Shown here in pieces: positions 31,601-34,239 of a DNA stretch of 34,239 nt. Origin of the DNA: Acidimicrobiales bacterium (GTDB taxonomy: Bacteria > Actinomycetota > Acidimicrobiia > Acidimicrobiales > AC-14). A program made the position numbers and the translations under genes. The notes under the pieces are model-generated. The model had not been told where the DNA came from, did not search any database, and was given only the letters and a program-made list of their open reading frames with translations. The stretch spans positions 1 through 34,239 of the forward strand of contig JBOGIC010000268.1 in the NCBI GenBank assembly GCA_050744985.1. The letters run 5' to 3'. Each line of letters begins with the position of its first letter. Positions within the stretch are counted from its first letter, which is position 1.

Positions 31601-31846
31601 TGCAGATGAAGAAACATCGCTGCGAGGGACGAGGACGACGCTCACAGTGACCGGGCTGTCCGTTTAGATGACGGGAAACAGGCAACGAAACCGGGCCGCA
31701 TCCGAGGTGGACGACGGCCACCGCCTCGTAACTTCGACGAGTACGCTCCTGCGCAACGCCCTCCCGACTCCGAGGAACGATGCACCGAAGCTGGGTGTTG
31801 TTCCCGCCACGACACAACGACCACGCGCGGGCACAAAGGAGCGATC

Positions 31847-32692
31847 GTGCAACGAGAGGCCCTGAACGTCGTGTTCGCAGTGGACGACAACTACGCCGTC
31901 GGGGCTGCCGTCGCGGGACGGTCCATCCGAATGAACCTCCTTGACGACACGGCTTGCCTCAGATTCCACGTCATCGACGGAGGTCTGAGCGTTGATGTGC
32001 GCTCGTCCCTGATCGATGCACTCAGCCGCCTCGGAGAGACGCAAACATACATTGTGCAGGACGGGCTGGTTCTTGGCGATTGCTGGCGGGCCGCGTCGCG
32101 AAGTGGCGGTCACTACACGTCAGCGATACTCGCACGGCTTCATCTCAGCGAGGTCCTGCCCGATGACGTCGAGCGCGTCGTGTACCTCGACGCGGACACG
32201 TTGGTATTGGACGACCTCGCGCAACTCTATGCGCTTGACCTGGGCAGCGCAGGAATGGGTGCTGTCATAAATCAAGGATCTGAGACTCGATGCTTGGTCA
32301 TCGATGAATCCGCCCGAGAATACCCGTACGGCGCCCAACCGCCAGGGTACTTCAACTCTGGCGTCCTTATCATCGACATGAACAAGTGGCGGGCGGACGA
32401 AGTAACTCAGCAGGCGCTGTGGTTATATCGTCGTTTCGGTCTGAAACTCCACAGCCCGGACCAAGATATTCTGAACATCATCTTTGCCGGCAGATGGAGA
32501 AGTCTGCCCGCGAAATGGAACAAGATGATCGAGGTCCACAAGAAGTACGACGAGCACCGTACTAGTTACCTCACTCGTCGTGAAGGAATTGTGCATTACG
32601 TCGGGCGAGTGAAGCCATGGCACCGTGAGTTCCCCCACCGCTCGCTCTTGGATCTGTACTTGGAGTATTGGCCGGCCGGCGGACCACTCTGA
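31847..32692 (+). CDS. GT8-family glycosyltransferase (RfaJ/GspA-like), 281 aa
   Basis: Motifs are NVVFAVDDNYAVGAAV, VVYLDADTLVLDDL (DxD), GYFNSGVLIIDMNKWR and DQDILNIIF...LPAKWN. GTG start with AAAGGAG 5 nt upstream. GC and codon usage are clearly lower (tta, aaa, ata, aat, tct codons). Confidence 0.85.
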   Translation: MQREALNVVFAVDDNYAVGAAVAGRSIRMNLLDDTACLRFHVIDGGLSVDVRSSLIDALSRLGETQTYIVQDGLVLGDCWRAASRSGGHYTSAILARLHLSEVLPDDVERVVYLDADTLVLDDLAQLYALDLGSAGMGAVINQGSETRCLVIDESAREYPYGAQPPGYFNSGVLIIDMNKWRADEVTQQALWLYRRFGLKLHSPDQDILNIIFAGRWRSLPAKWNKMIEVHKKYDEHRTSYLTRREGIVHYVGRVKPWHREFPHRSLLDLYLEYWPAGGPL

Positions 32693-32824
32693 GACCCGCA
32701 CTGGAGCCTGATGTCGCGGCGCTGTGGGTCTTCCTTCGGCGCCTACGTCGTGTTTCGCCGGCATGACGTGATTCTTCTGCCTGTGTCGGCACGCGCCACG
32801 CAGGCGGGCGGACGCGCGCGGCGC

Positions 32825-32854
32825 GGCCCGGCCGGTGATAGCACCGGCCGGGCC
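32825..32854. terminator. Strong GC-rich hairpin (13-bp stem, ATAG loop) between convergent genes
   Basis: GGCCCGGCCGGTG-ATAG-CACCGGCCGGGCC, perfectly paired. No U-tract on either strand. Confidence 0.5.
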
Positions 32855-32862
32855 AGGGCCCT

Positions 32863-32913
32863 TGACAGGTCCATTCGGCCCGGGGGACGAGGGGGGGCCG
32901 GCCGGACCTGTCA
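32863..32913. terminator. Second inverted repeat (10-bp arms TGACAGGTCC/GGACCTGTCA, 31-nt G-rich loop), 13 nt past the hydrogenase stop
   Basis: Read directly from the sequence. The position suits a terminator for the minus-strand hydrogenase gene. Confidence 0.35.
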
Positions 32914-32925
32914 GGTCGTGGGGGT

Positions 32926-34239
32926 CTACTCGAGCGTGCAGCCGCAGGAGTTGACCTCCCGCACCATGACGCCGCGACCCGTGTCCATGTGGGTCGTGCA
33001 CGGCATGCAGGGGTCGAGGCTGCGCACGGCCCGCAGCACGTCGAGGCCCTTGATCTGGTCCTCGGGCACGGTCTCGAGCAGCGGCGTGCCGACGACGACC
33101 TCCTCGTAGGGGCCGAGCTGCCCGAACGGGTCGGTGGGTGACGCGTTGAGCGTGGACGGTGTCGTGATCTGGTAGTTCACGAGCTTGCCGTTGTCGATCT
33201 CGTTGTGGTGGACGAGCCAGCCGCGGCCCGCCTCCCAGAAGCCCACGCCGATGCGGTGGTCCTTGGGGACCTTGAACGGCGTGTGCACCCGGGTCTCGCC
33301 CTGACGCCAGTACTCGAACGCCTGCAGCAGGCAGTTCATACCGATGACGGCGTGGAAGGCGAGCGCGTAGGCACGGGCCCGGTTCCGCTCGAGGGCGTTC
33401 AGCGTGCGCGGCACCGGCCAGAACAGCTCGGTCTCGGGCAGGGCGTGCCGGGGCAGCACCATGCGCAGGCCGTCGCCGGTCGCCTCGTAGAACGGGTTCT
33501 CGGGGATCTTCTGGGCCAGTGCGGTCGTCCACATGCGGCCGTAGACGCCGGTCTCGACCACCTTGCGGTCCCAACGCGGCGCCGTGTCCCACGTGTAGCG
33601 ATCACGGAAGTTCGTCGCCGTGGGCTTCGGGATGGTGGTCTTGTTCCACGGGTGGTACGGCGAGATGGGGTTGCCGAGCGGGTCGGTGGCGTACTTCTGG
33701 GGGCCGGCCTTCGTCCAGTCCTCGTAGAAGGAGTGGTCGACGAACTCCTCGAACCCCATGTTGATGTCGGTCAGGTTGGTGGTCACGAGCTTGCCGTCGA
33801 TGATGATGCCGGGCGTCGACCACCGGGCGTTGCCCCACTGGTTGCAGTTGGCGTAGGTGGCGTCGTACACCTGCGAGTTGTCGAAGATGCCGGTCTGCGC
33901 CAGGTTCACCGAGCGGGCCCCCACCTCCTCGTACCGCGGGTCCGACTCCAGGAGGAAGTCGACGAGATCGTCCCAGATCCTCGGGATGACCTTGGAGAAG
34001 TCGATGAACTTGCCCATCTGGGCGTAGTACTCGTTGAACGACGACGTGGTGATCGTCGTCGACACGCCGCCGGGCACCAAGGTCGACGGGTGCGGGTACT
34101 TGCCGTACATCAGCTGGCACATGATGCGCCCGACCCGGGTCCACTCGAGGGCCTCGAGGTAGATCTTGCCCGTGAGGGGGTTGAAGGCGTCCATGATGTC
34201 TTTGATCGTGGCGTAGCCGTGGATGTCGGCGTTGGGGGC
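32926..34239 (-). CDS. hhyL: [NiFe]-hydrogenase large subunit, 5'-partial (C-terminal 437 aa); probably the actinobacterial high-affinity group 1h/5 type
   Basis: The C-terminal Ni-Fe ligand motif is DPCMPCTTH, followed by a short extension ending CGCTLE. The frame stays open to the window edge (...HGYATIKDIMDAFNPLTGKIYLEALEW...). The subgroup assignment is from memory of the CMPCTTH variant. Confidence 0.8.
   Translation of the reverse strand, partial: APNADIHGYATIKDIMDAFNPLTGKIYLEALEWTRVGRIMCQLMYGKYPHPSTLVPGGVSTTITTSSFNEYYAQMGKFIDFSKVIPRIWDDLVDFLLESDPRYEEVGARSVNLAQTGIFDNSQVYDATYANCNQWGNARWSTPGIIIDGKLVTTNLTDINMGFEEFVDHSFYEDWTKAGPQKYATDPLGNPISPYHPWNKTTIPKPTATNFRDRYTWDTAPRWDRKVVETGVYGRMWTTALAQKIPENPFYEATGDGLRMVLPRHALPETELFWPVPRTLNALERNRARAYALAFHAVIGMNCLLQAFEYWRQGETRVHTPFKVPKDHRIGVGFWEAGRGWLVHHNEIDNGKLVNYQITTPSTLNASPTDPFGQLGPYEEVVVGTPLLETVPEDQIKGLDVLRAVRSLDPCMPCTTHMDTGRGVMVREVNSCGCTLE

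Noticed and set aside
1-34239. CRISPR arrays, tRNA/rRNA genes, an MbtH-like gene, and transporter or regulator genes
   Set aside because: I scanned both strands and the ORF track. I found no repeat-spacer periodicity, no tRNA T-arm-like GGTTCGAATCC-type sequences in a cloverleaf context, and no small ORF with the MbtH Trp pattern. No multi-TM or HTH-type proteins were recognised.

Overview
High-GC, actinobacterial-type 34.2-kb window. Most long overlapping or antisense ORFs in the track are shadow ORFs. The left edge (1..1600) is mobile-element debris. It holds two degenerate group II intron 3' segments, each with a canonical 34-nt domain V hairpin, lying in front of a frameshifted ISL3 transposase remnant. 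About 31 kb of accessory genes follow and look like an orphan hybrid biosynthetic gene cluster. In order: a Tet(M)/OtrA-family ribosomal protection GTPase; a divergent core of a KS-AT-carrier PKS (co-transcribed with a GH20 hexosaminidase) facing an A-T-C NRPS abutted to a P450; and a lower-GC glyco block. That block holds two divergent paralogous GT4 genes, a PhoD-like phosphoesterase overlapping an APH-family kinase, two GT2-type genes and a LamG-fold protein. Next come a truncated, frameshifted Sfp/EntD-type PPTase remnant and a tightly coupled eight-gene minus-strand operon: stand-alone A-T, type II thioesterase, class III aminotransferase, pyrimidine-nucleoside phosphorylase homologue, TauD-type dioxygenase, alpha/beta hydrolase, SDR and SAM methyltransferase. 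A low-GC GT8 gene closes the region. The right edge is a 5'-partial [NiFe]-hydrogenase large subunit, probably core genome. The most interesting reading is a previously undescribed peptidyl/aminosugar-nucleoside-like pathway fused to PKS/NRPS machinery, with layered candidate self-resistance (ribosomal protection and a kinase/phosphatase pair). All functional calls rest on motifs read by eye from the translations. No searches were run.
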